The notes under the pieces: generated by a model
The model's database searches: none
Told to the model about the DNA's origin: nothing
Seen by the model: the letters and a program-made list of their open reading frames with translations, nothing else
Position numbers and translations under genes: made by a program
In this document: positions 13,353 through 26,326 of the stretch, one piece after another
Position numbering within the stretch: the first letter of the stretch is position 1
How the letters are laid out: each line of letters opens with the position of its first letter
Assembly: GCA_964016885.1 (NCBI GenBank)
Contig: OZ024742.1
Coordinates: 227,664,001-227,728,000 of the forward strand
Source: Eledone cirrhosa
Lineage: Eukaryota
Reading direction: 5' to 3'
Length of the DNA: 64,000 nucleotides

Positions 13353-15379
13353 TATAAATCTAAAATCCTCAAATTAAGATAAATTTTCAATCGCAGGATG
13401 TTATTAGCTTTAGTAGTAATAAAAGAGAAACCAGTTATTTGAACAAGTTAATATCTTTATATAAATAAAACTGACCATTTCAACATTTATTCTTCTACCC
13501 CCACTCGCCACAAACTAGTTATAAATTTTATCAGTATCACTTCCAGAAAATTCTAAAGTGATCAAAGTTAGAGTAAAATAAAAATAAAAATCTCTGAAAA
13601 TGAAATGAAACTTAAAACAATTGTCAATATTTAAAGTAAAAAAATATTTTCTAACATTAGAAAATCGTAACAAAAGATGGATTAATTATGTAAAATATAT
13701 TTTAATATATGTCTGTATTTCTCAAGTCTTCACATTATCGATGACACTAATATAATCATGGAATTATAAGGTCTAGATTAATTATTTTCTTTTCGAAAAT
13801 AAACCAAGACTTCTACGCTGTTTATTATTACAAAATCTCGATTTTTTTTCATTTAAAAAATAATTAATCTTTCCAAAACCGAACTTTCCATTGTCATGAG
13901 GCACTCCAGTACATTAATAACCATATTATTTTTAAACTCTAACGTGACATAATTCTAATCCTCAAATAAATATATATTTAAAAAAAAAAATATGGCAATA
14001 AACAATTATTCAAATTTTTATATATAACTTCTGTGACTAGATTTCAGTTTCAATTTCTGAAAATATGAGTTCCGAGAAAGCTGTATATAGAGGAGCCAAA
14101 ATTTTGGTTATATTTGTGAATACTCCTTTCTCCATCCCACCATTTTCCCTACCCATCGAATCCTTACACATCCCGTTTAATCTGGTAGCAGTCAGGTACC
14201 ATAGATGTATCCTCTCCCTCCAGCCTCAATAAAAGTTATACAACCCCACCAATAATGACGTTGACAGGACTAGTTCTAACCCTAATATATACATTACAAT
14301 ACTAAAAAATGGACACACATACAATCGAATTAAAGAATCAATTTAAAATAAAGTAATTAAAACAGGGATAGCCAAAGTTGTCGATTCATTTGTCCCCATC
14401 TCGTCCCAGAAAAATATCTCGTAAGATTAAAACAGAACGAGGTCCATTGAAACTGAATATTATTAGGGAGCAAAAATACTCTGAGTATCATTACAGATTA
14501 ATTAATTACATTTAGTGAGGATAATTAATCAAGTTTGTTTTATTAGGAAAGTTAGTGCCTGGAGTGGAGTAAACGTTTTATATTAAATGTGCTCTTTTCT
14601 TTCTTCCGTTGTTCCTGTAATATATACAAGGAACTTAGTAATTAATCCGTAGTTGAATAAAGTATTTCACGGTTAAAACATCTTGCCTTGGATCGTCTTC
14701 TCAGAACTAAAAATATAAAATATATAAAATTTCAAAAATCGTTTCAATTTATATAATAGTATGAAATGCATGTATTATATAAAATATATCACAATGTACA
14801 TGCAGTGCCCCATTTTTTTTTTTCAGATTCTATCTAACCCCACAAAAAAAATAAATTAAAAAAAATATTTCCATGCTGGGCTTGAAATAAAAAATATAAA
14901 AATGTGAAAGAAGGAAGATTTTTTTTCTTTACAAAAAGAAAGAAAAATATATAAATAACGAGTAAAAATAAAAAATAAAAATCCAAGTTAAATACAATGA
15001 CTGCAATAAGAAATGAAGATAAAAAATAGTACTGCGATGTTAGTGAAACCAGTTAAGATAGAGAGATGAATTTTGTGTTAATATATATATAGATATTATT
15101 ATATGAATGGGCTGAATAAAACACAAGAAGACGATCGAGTAATGTTATTTAGTTATATATATATAATTGAGAGTAAAATTCATTGTCTAGTAGTTAAGAG
15201 TGCAATGTGATGTATTCTTACACCATGAGAGAAAGAGAGAGAAAGAAAGAGACACAGTATATAGCATATTGGCAGCGACGAAACTAACCGAAGAATGGAA
15301 CAGCTCTACTTAACTAATCATATAAGAAATTCTCGGTAACATTCGAAAGTAACATCGGTTAAATCCGTCGAAGATTTAA

Positions 15380-15466
15380 AAGCGACCAATGGCCAAGCAG
15401 TTAAATAATGAGCTAGTCCAATCGAAACGCAGCTTGCATACCTCGTGGTTTCCTACAACATGGCGG
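15380..15466 (+). promoter_or_regulatory. Putative PPP4R1 core promoter: two CCAAT boxes (15386, 15418) and a YY1-like CAACATGGCGG overlapping the ATG
   Basis: CCAAT boxes 32 bp apart (spacing typical of NF-Y pairs); AACATGGCG resembles the YY1 consensus; motif-only evidence. Confidence 0.45.
15460..15466 (+). CDS. PPP4R1: PPP4R1 coding exon 1 (ATGGCGG; M-A-[D])
   Basis: ATGGCGG|gtgagg donor; splices in frame to exons 2-10; downstream of tandem CCAAT boxes in a locally CpG-containing region. Confidence 0.75.
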
Positions 15467-15547
15467 GTGAGGCGTCTTCTAAAGCAGACTTTGTTGCTCT
15501 AATTTGAAGTTTTGCGCCAATTTTAATGCTCTCCCATTTTATTTCAG

Positions 15548-15592
15548 ACATCAACTACTATCGGGTTGTATTGGAAGATACTTCGGAAAGCA
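15548..15592 (+). CDS. PPP4R1: PPP4R1 coding exon 2 (DINYYRVVLEDTSES)
   Basis: tttcag acceptor, gtaagt donor, 45 nt, phase 1-1, open and joins exon 3 in frame. Confidence 0.75.
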
Positions 15593-17028
15593 GTAAGTGG
15601 TTGACTTAGCCTTTAAACTTTCCTAGCTTCTTTGCCCGTGTCCGTTGGCCATCTACCAAGTAGTGGAGCGTTAGACAAATCTAGCTCCTCCTCATTTATT
15701 TAACGGACTGGAGCCTGATCATGGCAAATTTCTTCTCTCCTAGTTCTCACTCTACATTTTACATGTCATTTTTTCCCTTCTTTTCACTGTTATACCTTTT
15801 GTATTGTTGTCCTAGATATTAATGTAATAACTATGGTTGTTTGTTAACCATACAGCTCATATTATTAACTGTGGGTGTTACTGCTTTAACTTAGACCTCT
15901 GGCCATAACTACAAAAGAAAAAAAGGCTGCTTCCTTCCTTTCGGACAAGTACAATCGTACTGAAACTTAAACGACGAAAGAGGGCATGGGATGTCTTTTA
16001 CTCTCTCTAGATCTCATTCTTTACACAGTTGATTACACTTAAATGTTGCCCTAGAACTTAGACATGGAGCTGACATGTTTATCTGAAGCTCCTTTAGATA
16101 TATATATATATATATGTGTGTGTATCTATGTCGCTCTAGCTTTCAAAAGCGTCCTTCTATTCCTCCTCACACTAACGATATCTAATAATTTCTTGTAATC
16201 GTTTCATTCGTCTGTTTAGAATATATTCCCCAAATATATCGACTATACTCTTACATTGTCACGTTTTTTTTTCTTAAATATAGAATTCGACAATAAATGT
16301 ACTTTTAAATCCTCGCCCCTCCTCCACTATATACACACACACACACACACACAAACCAACAAACATTTGCAAATTGTTGTCAATATCCATACCCATACCC
16401 CCTCAAGATAATCACAAAAATAACGTCAAAAAAATAAGTTGACAAATCAGATCCCTCTTTTTATGACCGTAATAAATCTTCACCTATTTGTCTATCATTA
16501 GGATTTCAAATTAACGAAATGGAATTCTATCAAATATATTAATAGTAGTAACACTAATAATAAACTAGTTTGTGTGTCTCTTACTCATTGAGAGATGTCA
16601 TTTTGGTAAATTCTCGTGATGATACTATCGTTGTTGCCTTTCTTCCCTTCTCTCTTTTTTTTTTTTTTTAACGGCTTCTAACTAACATCCACACATCGTG
16701 GTGCAGGTTTTATATATTTATATAAACCATTAAACTTTGCTGTTTTGCTTTCTTTATTAATTTGGGAGTCCGTGTCATCTTGTATTAGTAAAATGTGTGT
16801 GTGTGTAGTATTTAGTAAAATATGTATATATATTGTTTTAGGATTCAAGATTGCAGTTTTGTAATAATATACACACTTGCTGTTTTGAGTATTTTTCCGT
16901 TTGTAAACAAATGACTACCAATTCCTTTTAAATATATATATATATATATATATATTTAGACGAATACATAATACATATATGTTATTACTGACATACTTGC
17001 TTGGTAAATATTCGACTGACCTCTGCCC

Positions 17029-17059
<31 letters not shown>

Positions 17060-20000
17060 TGCATATATATGCGTGTGTGAATATGTAGTAATTCAATGTC
17101 TTAACTATATTTTTATCCCCTCCTATCCATTCATAAGATCTTTGTTTACATGTTAATTTAAAAATAGGAATCCAGTGAGATCTCATCGTTTCCCTTCCGT
17201 GTATCTTCCTTTAGCTACATACAATATGTGTGTTTGTGTGACTTCGAATTTCAAACTACAGTTTGTGTGCCTTTGGTTTACACACACGGCTCTGCCAGTA
17301 CCCTACACTCTAAACACATAGGTTTTATCCTTTAGTTCCCGCACTGCCATAATCAGTAATTTCTCTGCTTGCTTGTATGAAAACCTTCCTCCTTCACAGT
17401 TTCAAATGTGAACCCAGTATAGTGTGATTTAAAAAAAAAAAACTGGCACGAAGGCGGGGAGGTGAAAGCGGGGCATAGATGTACTATTAATACTTTGTTG
17501 GGGTTGTTTTTTTTTTTTTCTAATTTTCTTTCGAGATTTTTTTTTTATTGAAAAACCTCAAAACTTCGCTTATTTCCTCAAATTATGTGTTTTATCATGT
17601 GACCAAGGTGTTTCCTCTCGACCTTTTGAACTTAGCGCTTTTTACCAACGTTCCCGCGTCTTCCCTTTCATTCCCCCTCTGTTCAGTACTTGGCCAACTT
17701 CGCCCCTATATCTTGCCTATCTTTCGTACACCAACCTATAACCAGCAATGCTGAGCTCCCCATAATTTTATCTATTTCACTTCTTTCATCCACCTCATGT
17801 ATTATTTTTTTTAAACTAGTATATATTTCAACTATTTTAATTTCCTAGACATTGTAATCGTTTATAAAACAATTTTCCAATATTATCTGTTTAGTTAATA
17901 TTTACCGGTCTAATATTTTTTTTTAAAGAGTAAAAACTTCGTGGAGGTAGAAGTCTTTTATGATGTAGTAAGTGTAATTTAGTGTATATTTTAAACACAC
18001 CTGATATATTTTATTTTATTTTCCACACAGTTTATTGTATTTGAATAGTTTTTACTTCATTAAGAACTAAATGCATATATTTCCAGCTACATAATTGTGC
18101 GGTTCTAGTCTTTTGTGTTATTTAAAATTCTAGATTATTTATTAAGTGGTGAGTACTTGTTCTTTGTAACCACCATTTCGTCTACCTACACTATATTATT
18201 TAGGTCTTCTCATCCATCAAACTCTGCGATGCTCGTTACCGCCAAAAACTCGCACTTCGTTCAATAATTGGAAACTTTTGTTTTTTTTTCCATTTAAATA
18301 TTAAACTCCTTTTCTGTCTTTAGTCTCTAGATTTTGTTAGATTAAATTGTAGTTTTAAAAAAATATAAAATTTTTATTTTCGTTTTGTAATTTGAAGGAA
18401 AATACATTCTAAATATCTATTGTAGCGGAAGTCATATTTTAAAAAATGTGTTGAGGTTTTAGTTGGCTGCTTATATACACACACACGCACACACGGTTCC
18501 ATTATTAAAAGAAAGTGTTGTTAGTCCTGCAGCCGTAGTTGTGGTGCTTGCTCTATCACCATTACACATATCACCTAAACTGCACGTGATGATTCGCTTC
18601 GGCATTATGTCTGTGAGTTTTCTCTTTATATATATATATATGTATACATACATATACATCCGCACACATACATATATATTTAAACCTGTCACAGTCGGTA
18701 TATTTTGTCCCCCCCCCCCCCCCCCAAAAAAAAAATTAATACATGTGTGGTTTCTAGTAGTTTTCTGTAGTGTTTGTCCCGAGCATGTAAGCAAGTTTTC
18801 AGAATGAAATCGGACAGACTGCTGCTGATAATCTCTTCGTCTTTCCCTTTAATCTTTGCTTTCCTCGTCCTTTTGGTGAGGAAACAAAGCCATTGTGTTT
18901 GTTGTTATATATATATATATATATATATTTACTACTACGCTGTCCTACTACATTTTTTGTATTGTATTTCAAATACAATCTTTATTAATTTAACTTCTAC
19001 AAATAATCTGGATCTTACTACATTACAATATTGACCATTCTACGTCGTTTTTTGTATTGCAATCGGGACAACCTTTGGAACAAATGTTATTTAAATATTT
19101 TAATTTGTATTATTACGAGGGCCCCCCCCCCTCCCTCTCTCATATATACATGCATTATTTTTTGTCGTTTTCTCTCCGTTTATTTTAAAATTAAGCTTAC
19201 ATTCGATCGCAGGTTAGTAAATATTTAACCCTCTAAACTAACCTAGTTTTCTGTTTACATAACACACGCAAATAATTGAAATTAATTTAACATGAAAGTT
19301 TAATTTCTTATACAATAAATCTTTGTATATACATACACGCGTATGTATGTATGTATGTATGTATATATATATATATACTTATTCGAAGTGATATATATTC
19401 CTTTTGCCTATATTTTTGTCATCTTTCGAGAATTTAACAGGTGTTTGTGTGTGTATACATACATATAAACACGTGTGTATGTATATATATATATATACAC
19501 ACACATACACACCAACACCTTGTAAGATGGACAATTTAACAATACAAAGTATGGAGGTAGATGTTTACCAGTATATTTTTGTTATATAAAAGATGTCTTC
19601 TAATTTCATACTTAATTTAAAAATATACTATTTTTTGTTACCGTAAGTTAACTTGTATTGAATACAAAAAAAAAAAAAAAAAAATCATTGGTGGGGGTGG
19701 GGTGTTATATAATGTTGATAAAATTTATATGGAATACGGAAGTGAAAATTATAAATTTAGCTGGTTTGCTTAAATTATTTTTAATTGCGGTTATATTTAG
19801 ATATTCTAAAGTAAACAATATTTGGGTTTACAATTTTTGTATATTTTTGGTGTGTATATATATATTTGGTAGTTGGTTTGTAATTGTTGGCTAAGTAGGT
19901 CACTGTTGTTTGTCGTTCATAATACACTTCTCTTTGTTTACCAGAGTACTCGATCAATTTCTCACTTTTAAATCGATCTTTTGCATAGTTTTTCATACTA

Positions 20001-20564
20001 TTTCATAACGAAGAATATTCTGCTATTCTTGTATTTAAGGTAGGGGTGAAGTAATAATCTAATTTAATAGCGTCAGACTTTATTTTTATTAATTTGATTT
20101 ATTTATTTTTTATTTTTTTTATTCCTCTCTTCACCTCTACGAGTACATATGTTCAAAAGATTTTTTTTTTTATGTACATAATTAAAATATTAGGGATATT
20201 TTAATCAGTGAAGTAATAAAAGAATTGAGTAAGATAAAATTGAGGTCTTATGACAGTTTAAAATGGTCGAAAATGGTTTTTCATTGTGATTAATTGTGCT
20301 GCTATAAAAGGGGAGTTAATTATGATGGATATCTTAACTAGTTAGATCTCCACGAGTTATTTCCCCATTGCTTCCAATTTCACAGCACGTGCTTCTTTGC
20401 CAGTCAATATTTAGAGGGAATTTCGAAAAAAAAATCCCTTCAAATATCATTTTAGCAATCCGTATTAACAAATGTTCTAGCTATAATTAACCTCTTTAGT
20501 CATATTATAGCTTCTAGACTATACACTAGTTTAGAGCAGGGATTTTTACCTAAACGGTTAAAAA

Positions 20565-20595
<31 letters not shown>

Positions 20596-20692
20596 AGAAC
20601 TAGGTGAATAATTTGTATTGTAGAATATTAAACCTATAAACATTGTAGTATATTATCTAACAGTGTATACATAACATTTTGTCTCTTTTCAG

Positions 20693-20804
20693 GAGGGTGT
20701 AGAGTGGAAGATGGCAATTGTGAAGAGAATTACTATTCAGACGATAACCTCACAGCTCTCCAGAAACTGGAGAAGTATATTGATAGTGACAATGCCTTTA
20801 GCAG
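20693..20804 (+). CDS. PPP4R1: PPP4R1 coding exon 3 (RGCRVEDGNCEENYYSDDNLTALQKLEKYIDSDNAFSR)
   Basis: ttttcag/gtaaag sites; LTALQKLEKYIDSDNAFSR resembles the PP4R1 N-terminal LTPLGRLDKYAASENIFNR motif as recalled. Confidence 0.88.
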
Positions 20805-21724
20805 GTAAAGCTGTTATCTGAAATTTATTAAATGTTATACTAAAACAGTACTCCGGATTATCAGTCTAAATTTGAAGCTCATGACCAAGATATGTTTCTC
20901 CGACCAATATATTCTTGGGCTGTGACAACCTTCCCAATTCAATGTCGGCATAGAAAATAGATATAAAATGACAGTGGTCTAAATAATTTGTTTCTCTGAT
21001 CATGACAACCTATCCATGCCAGCCTGAAAAATTTCTGTAAAATGATAAACTAACGTTACTAAATTCTATAATTAGTTTAAAACTTGCTGACGAAGTTTTA
21101 TTCAAATTCATTCCTGGAGGTCAATAAGCTACTTTGCTCAAACAGTTCTTATTTTGAGATTTTAAATTGCTGAAATTGCGATTGATTAATTTTTGGCTAT
21201 TTTCTGGTATCATTACTGCTTTAAGTTCATTTAAAATGTACATATTTTAAATAATTCTATACCTGAGTGGTTTCAATCTGTCTGTGCCTTGACGTTTTTA
21301 GTATCACAAGTGTACTTTGGATAATATACTCAGTGACATACTGTCTCCAATACAATTTCTGAAGCTTCATCCAGCAGTAGATTAAAAACAGCTGGGTAGA
21401 TATTGTTTCAGGGAGGATCAGATAGTTCTGAATAATCTTACATTTCATAGAGTACTTCTGGTTCTGATGCTATATAGGATTAAATTAATTAACCCACCTT
21501 TGATGTTAAGAAGGGCATCTAGTAGTAAAAACCATGCCAAATTATACAACATGAGCAATATGTGGTCTTTGGCTATGGCCATAGAAAGCAGTTGTTAAAT
21601 GACTTTATATTTAATTCAATTTTAATTGTATGCAATAACATTAACACAAAGTGTGCAAAAATGTTATAATTAAATTCCTACCTTGCTGTATTTACAACAC
21701 TGCGGAGAATGGTAAACCAAGACT

Positions 21725-21947
21725 TTAACACTTTTCTAACCATATTTCTTAGTAAAATACACTGCTTGTGTTTTTCATTAGGAAAATTAATTTTGTTTAG
21801 CAATATAGGTTATCTCCTTTAATAAACTGATATTTGGGACATAAAACGTTCTTGCATAATAATGTTGGTCTTTAATTTAAATATAAACAATAAAACTCAC
21901 AGGATTTGTATTGTAGAAATGGATAATTTTGGTATTGAAAGGGTTAA
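21725..21947 (+). mobile_element. Second TTAA MITE family (TTAACCCTTTCGTTACCATATTTCT...AAAGGGTTAA); decayed copies near 3200, 5355, 7964, 10903, 28527, 29277, 29990, 31490
   Basis: Recurrent motifs TTACCATATTTCT(A/G)ATGAAA, AATTTTGAAAATAA and terminal AAAGGGTTAA. Confidence 0.6.
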
Positions 21948-22297
21948 ATACTATCTTTTTGTACTTGTGGAAACATACCTACATATATTCAATTCAGGGA
22001 TTGAATACATGGAGTACTTCTAATGTATATATCTGAACCTAGAACAGAATTGAAATGGTTATGAACTCTTTTGATGCCAGACTGACTCTGGTTCTTTGAA
22101 ACAAAATTACCCATTTTAAAGTTATCCTATCTTCCTGCATAATTTTATATATATATATAAAATTTCAAGCTACAAATATCTTAATGAAATAATAATTTTA
22201 ATTGAAATACTATCATTAGAAATGATAATGTTAATCAGTCAGAAGTTGTCTCTATTCTATTTTGTTGTTGTTTGTAATTGTCATTTATAATTTACAG

Positions 22298-22404
22298 GCA
22301 GATGATAGCACGAGGAATTCTTGACACTTTAAGAGCAGCTGGCAATGTTGAGGAAGATTGTTTAGCTGTATTAAAAGCAATGGTTCATTTATCTAGAGAT
22401 CCAG
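22298..22404 (+). CDS. PPP4R1: PPP4R1 coding exon 4 (QMIARGILDTLRAAGNVEEDCLAVLKAMVHLSRDP)
   Basis: tttacag/gttagt sites; phase 2-1; resembles QMVARSLLDTLR of PP4R1. Confidence 0.92.
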
Positions 22405-23972
22405 GTTAGTACATTTTTAGTAGATTCATATGAAAGCTGTTTTTATTTATTTTATTTTTTTACTCAGACAGTTCAGGCGTTATATTACCTTTCAAGGTGG
22501 GAGGACTGAAAGAAGGTATCCTCATACCAGACATCTTGTCTGATTATTTACAACAGTGACCTCTGCTGTAGGCAACAAAGAACCAGTTGTTTGTGTTTAA
22601 AGAAGCTATGGATTAAGTCTACCATTCAAGTAGGGCGCAGCAGCATTTGAACTGTAAATGTATAGAACTGGATGAAATATAGTATGGTTTTCTATCTGAT
22701 GACTACTTAACAATTCTACTAACCCATCACCATGGACCATTACTTATTAACCTTGGACCAATGAAAGACTTCAGCAATATTTGGACATAGGAACAGAAAT
22801 ACTGCTTGTGATTTCATCCAACAGTAAAAGCACATAGGCCATTATGATTGTGGACATCTGAGCTTGTAGGTTTTGAAAAGATCTGTTATCTATCAAAGTG
22901 ATATCAAGCTTACATTTACTGGTTGGCAGTAAGGAGAAAGATTTTGGCTATTGAAACAATTGCTTCATCAAATTTAATGGTTATAAAATAAATGAAGCAA
23001 TGTTTAACATCAAATGATATAGCAAAAAATATCTAAGTTTATAGTATATTTACTGCTCAAAATTTGCAGTTAAGACTTCTATTTTTAATGTGATGCAGTG
23101 TTTTATGCTTTTTTTTTTCTTTTCTTTTTTTTTTTTTTTTTTTAAGAATGCATTGTTAATGTGGTTGGTTCAAATGTTTATAGTGAACAGATTATTGGAA
23201 AAATTTGCAGTTAAGAGTTAAATATTGAAATTTTGTAGATTACAATGTCAAGCTGGATTGATTTAGGATTGAAGAGAAATGTAATATTTGTAGGCATGGT
23301 ACTGTTACATGAAATGATTGTGTATTTGTACTTGATTGACTTGATTTGAGACTTATGGCAGAAACATGTAGGTTCAGCTGGTCTCCTGTATGGTTTTATC
23401 TTATGAGGTTTCTCAGTTATTTTGATAGGGCTCTGTCATATGTTGTTACAACTCACAATGTAGGCTCAGCTGACCTATTTATCGGGGCCTCATTCCTATC
23501 ATGTACATATAGCTCACACCTGTGTAAGTTCAGCTACAAGGTTGCATCTCAAGTTTCTTGGGTGTTTTAATGATAGGACCCAGTCCTATGCAACATTGTG
23601 GTATTCGTTTAGGTCATTTAAAATGCTCTTAGATATCACATGATCAGTGACACAATCCTTGGGCTATGTTGATGTGGAACAGGTTGTCGGGTTTTATTTA
23701 GTCATTGGTTGGGGTGAGGGAAGAAGGACCATGTTTTGCTCACATACCCATTTTTGGCAGATTTTCTAACAGCAATCATGTCAAGAATTGAAATAATTTC
23801 TGCAGTTTTTAAATGAAGAGGAATGGCATATTTAGTGACTATTTAGATGTATAAAACATAAATGAGTGAGTAGTTATCTATAGCAGACTTGACATTATAT
23901 TTATATAATGATGTTACTGAACTTCACATCCATTGAATCAGTGTCAACTAATATACTTTTGTATGTTTTCAG

Positions 23973-24115
23973 AACCTACTGTTAGGTCCGACTTGGTTGA
24001 ACAAGTCCCTCATGTTGCCATGTACTGTCAAGAAAAAAGTAATTTATTTGCAAATGCTGTTCCTACATATATTCTTCCCTTGATTGTCAAATACCTCAGT
24101 GACAGTGACAACCAG
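23973..24115 (+). CDS. PPP4R1: PPP4R1 coding exon 5 (EPTVRSDLVEQVPHVAMYCQ...LPLIVKYLSDSDNQ), HEAT repeat
   Basis: ttttcag/gtaacc sites; HEAT-repeat motifs; within ORF 23933..24130. Confidence 0.93.
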
Positions 24116-24212
24116 GTAACCCACTTTTAGAGTTCTACTTAATTCTAGTTCTTATTTTAATTACCAATATTTCTAAAACTATAAATTACTTGATCTTTTT
24201 ACAATGTTTTAG

Positions 24213-24273
24213 GTAAGGAAAACCAGCCATGCTGCTCTCGTGGTACTTCTAGAACAAGAGCTTGTAGAACGAG
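24213..24273 (+). CDS. PPP4R1: PPP4R1 coding exon 6 (VRKTSHAALVVLLEQELVER)
   Basis: ttttag/gtaaat sites; phase 0-1; resembles VRKTSQAALLALLEQELIER. Confidence 0.92.
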
Positions 24274-25184
24274 GTAAATTTATTTCTCCTGTCACTTTTG
24301 TATATATTCACAGGCTGATCTTTACTTAAATATTCACTAGCTGAGCCTGTAAATATATTCATGCCATACACATATATATAAATTACATTCACTAGTTGAC
24401 CCTGTGGAAATTCTATGGTTTTAATTAGAAACAATCACCAAGTATTACTAGACCAATATCTTCATATTCACACAAAACTATTAGGATTAAAAAAATAATC
24501 TTGCATTGCTGCTATCACTTCTCTCTCTCTCCTTCCTTTGGTGTGACTGATGCTTTACATGAAATTCTGCTTCTGTTATGCAACTAGGCTTAGTTTGCTG
24601 ATTTTGTATCCACTGGCATGTGTGGTATAATTCATCTAAATTCTTATTTTGAGCTGCTGCAATGTTGTAGGACCACACCTCACTTGTATGTTCAATGTTT
24701 GACATGGTTTCTATAGTTAAATCCCCTTCCTAATGGCAACTATTTATCACTTAAGTGCTCTTGTAAGTTATAGGTTCCACTTGTGAGATATACAACATTG
24801 TGATTTCAATTTTGTTACAATGTTGAAAGGTGAAGAGATTTTATTTCTATTGAGGTAGTTAAAGGGACCTTTCACACCCACCCAGTCAGATTTCCAACAA
24901 TTACCAGCTTTGTTTTCTTCAGTTTAAATATACAATGCTGCCAAAATCAGCAAATTAATGAAGAATTTGGAGGTACCTATTAAAATTATTTCAATATTAA
25001 GATGGTATTTATAACAAGTTTCTTGTAGCTCAATATGGGAAGACTTTCTATAAAATAAAATTAAAATGTTCCTATTTATAGTAACAGGCTGTTTTAGATG
25101 GAATTGTAATATAAATATTTTTAGTTTCTTTACAAATGCTGTATTAATCTGGTGATAAAAAGGTAATATTTTAAATGTTTTCAG

Positions 25185-25270
25185 TTGATGTTGAAGACCA
25201 GGTGGTTCAAGTCTTGTTAGACCTTGCATGTCCAGCAGGTCCAGATGAATTTCGCACAGAAGCTGCTGCC
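25185..25270 (+). CDS. PPP4R1: PPP4R1 coding exon 7 (VDVEDQVVQVLLDLACPAGPDEFRTEAAA)
   Basis: ttttcag/gtaagt sites; phase 1-0; within ORF 25175..25516. Confidence 0.92.
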
Positions 25271-25429
25271 GTAAGTGGATTAATTTCTACTTATTTAATC
25301 CCTAAATCCTCCTTTACACATCTTGACACTAACTACTCCCTCCTCCCTTCATTCCAGCTTTGCTCCTCCCCATTTTTCAGTTTCCAGCTTCGTCCCCTTT
25401 TAATTTTTTCCAAAATAACAATTGTGTTT

Positions 25430-25495
25430 GGCTTGAAAGACACGGGTAGTGAGATGTTATGTTATAAACTTCTTACTACCCTGTCTTTCGAGCGG
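25430..25495 (+). ncRNA. mir-71: miR-71 precursor hairpin (mature 5p ~25434-25456 TGAAAGACACGGGTAGTGAGATG)
   Basis: Matches known miR-71 (UGAAAGACAUGGGUAGUGAGAUG) with 1 substitution; complementary arm TCTTACTACCCTGTCTTTCGAG at 25471-25492. Confidence 0.95.
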
Positions 25496-25530
25496 ATCAC
25501 TTTAAATCCTTGCTGATGAAATGTGAATTG

Positions 25531-25562
<32 letters not shown>

Positions 25563-25702
25563 CAGGTAAAACTGAAGTAGTTTGTCTAATTATCTACTTA
25601 CATATTGTAAAAGTTAGTTTTATGATAATGCTAGTTATTTCTGCCTTTCCCTCTCCATATTTTTACCTTTCAGTGGAACGGAACTTGTAAGTAAACAGGT
25701 TA

Positions 25703-25772
25703 CAAAGGCATCAATGCTGGATGTCATAGTAATTCTAAAGGCCCTATCACAGCCAGCTTTGATGAGCCTTGT
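25703..25772 (+). ncRNA. mir-2: miR-2 family hairpin 1 (3p 25745-25767 TATCACAGCCAGCTTTGATGAGC)
   Basis: Canonical miR-2 mature sequence; 5p arm GGCATCAATGCTGGATGTCATAG; CNNC (CATC) ~17 nt downstream of the 3p end. Confidence 0.95.
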
Positions 25773-25856
25773 GTCCTGACAGTCATCTCTGCTACATTTG
25801 ACTGCATTCCTCACAAATATTTGTAGACTTTGTTTTATAGCTTTTCAAGACAGGAA

Positions 25857-25898
<42 letters not shown>

Positions 25899-25911
25899 CC
25901 TGCCATTTCTG

Positions 25912-25982
25912 TTACTGACCAAGTGGTTGTGAATGTGCTGCTAAATTGATTTTTCATATCACAGCCTGCTTGGATCAGTAAT
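25912..25982 (+). ncRNA. mir-2: miR-2 family hairpin 2 (3p 25957-25979 TATCACAGCCTGCTTGGATCAGT)
   Basis: miR-2 seed ATCACAG; 5p arm TACTGACCAAGTGGTTGTGAATGTG pairs with it. Confidence 0.93.
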
Positions 25983-26071
25983 ATATTTGGTGCACCATCT
26001 AGCTCATTTGAATATAAGAATGGCAGTCATTTATTAAAACACTTCTAACATTGCCTATTTTCTCCTAACCT

Positions 26072-26146
26072 TGTAACAGCTCATCAAAGGACTGTGATAT
26101 ATTGATATTTGAACGTCTCACAGCCAGCTTTGATGAGCTGGCTGTA
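26072..26146 (+). ncRNA. mir-2: miR-2 family hairpin 3, seed variant (3p 26116-26138 TCTCACAGCCAGCTTTGATGAGC)
   Basis: Identical to miR-2 except A>C at position 2; 5p arm CAGCTCATCAAAGGACTGTGATAT. Confidence 0.88.
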
Positions 26147-26252
26147 GGTTGCTTCCCTGCTCTGCTAGCTTTAAACCTTTTTTTTCCTTTCTATTTTTTG
26201 TGGCAATAGCTTTTGTTCAGCTTTATTTTAGAAAAAAATTACTTTTGTCCTG

Positions 26253-26326
26253 TGTTGTATCTCATCAAAGAGCTGGGATATGCTAATAATACGCCGTATC
26301 ACAGCTAGCTTTGATGAGCTAGAACA
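26253..26326 (+). ncRNA. mir-2: miR-2 family hairpin 4 (3p 26297-26319 TATCACAGCTAGCTTTGATGAGC)
   Basis: miR-2 seed; 5p arm CTCATCAAAGAGCTGGGATATG. Confidence 0.93.

Noticed and set aside
23340-23760. Possible minus-strand Penelope-like RT remnant
   Set aside because: Only a faint motif resemblance by eye; needs tBLASTn/HMM support
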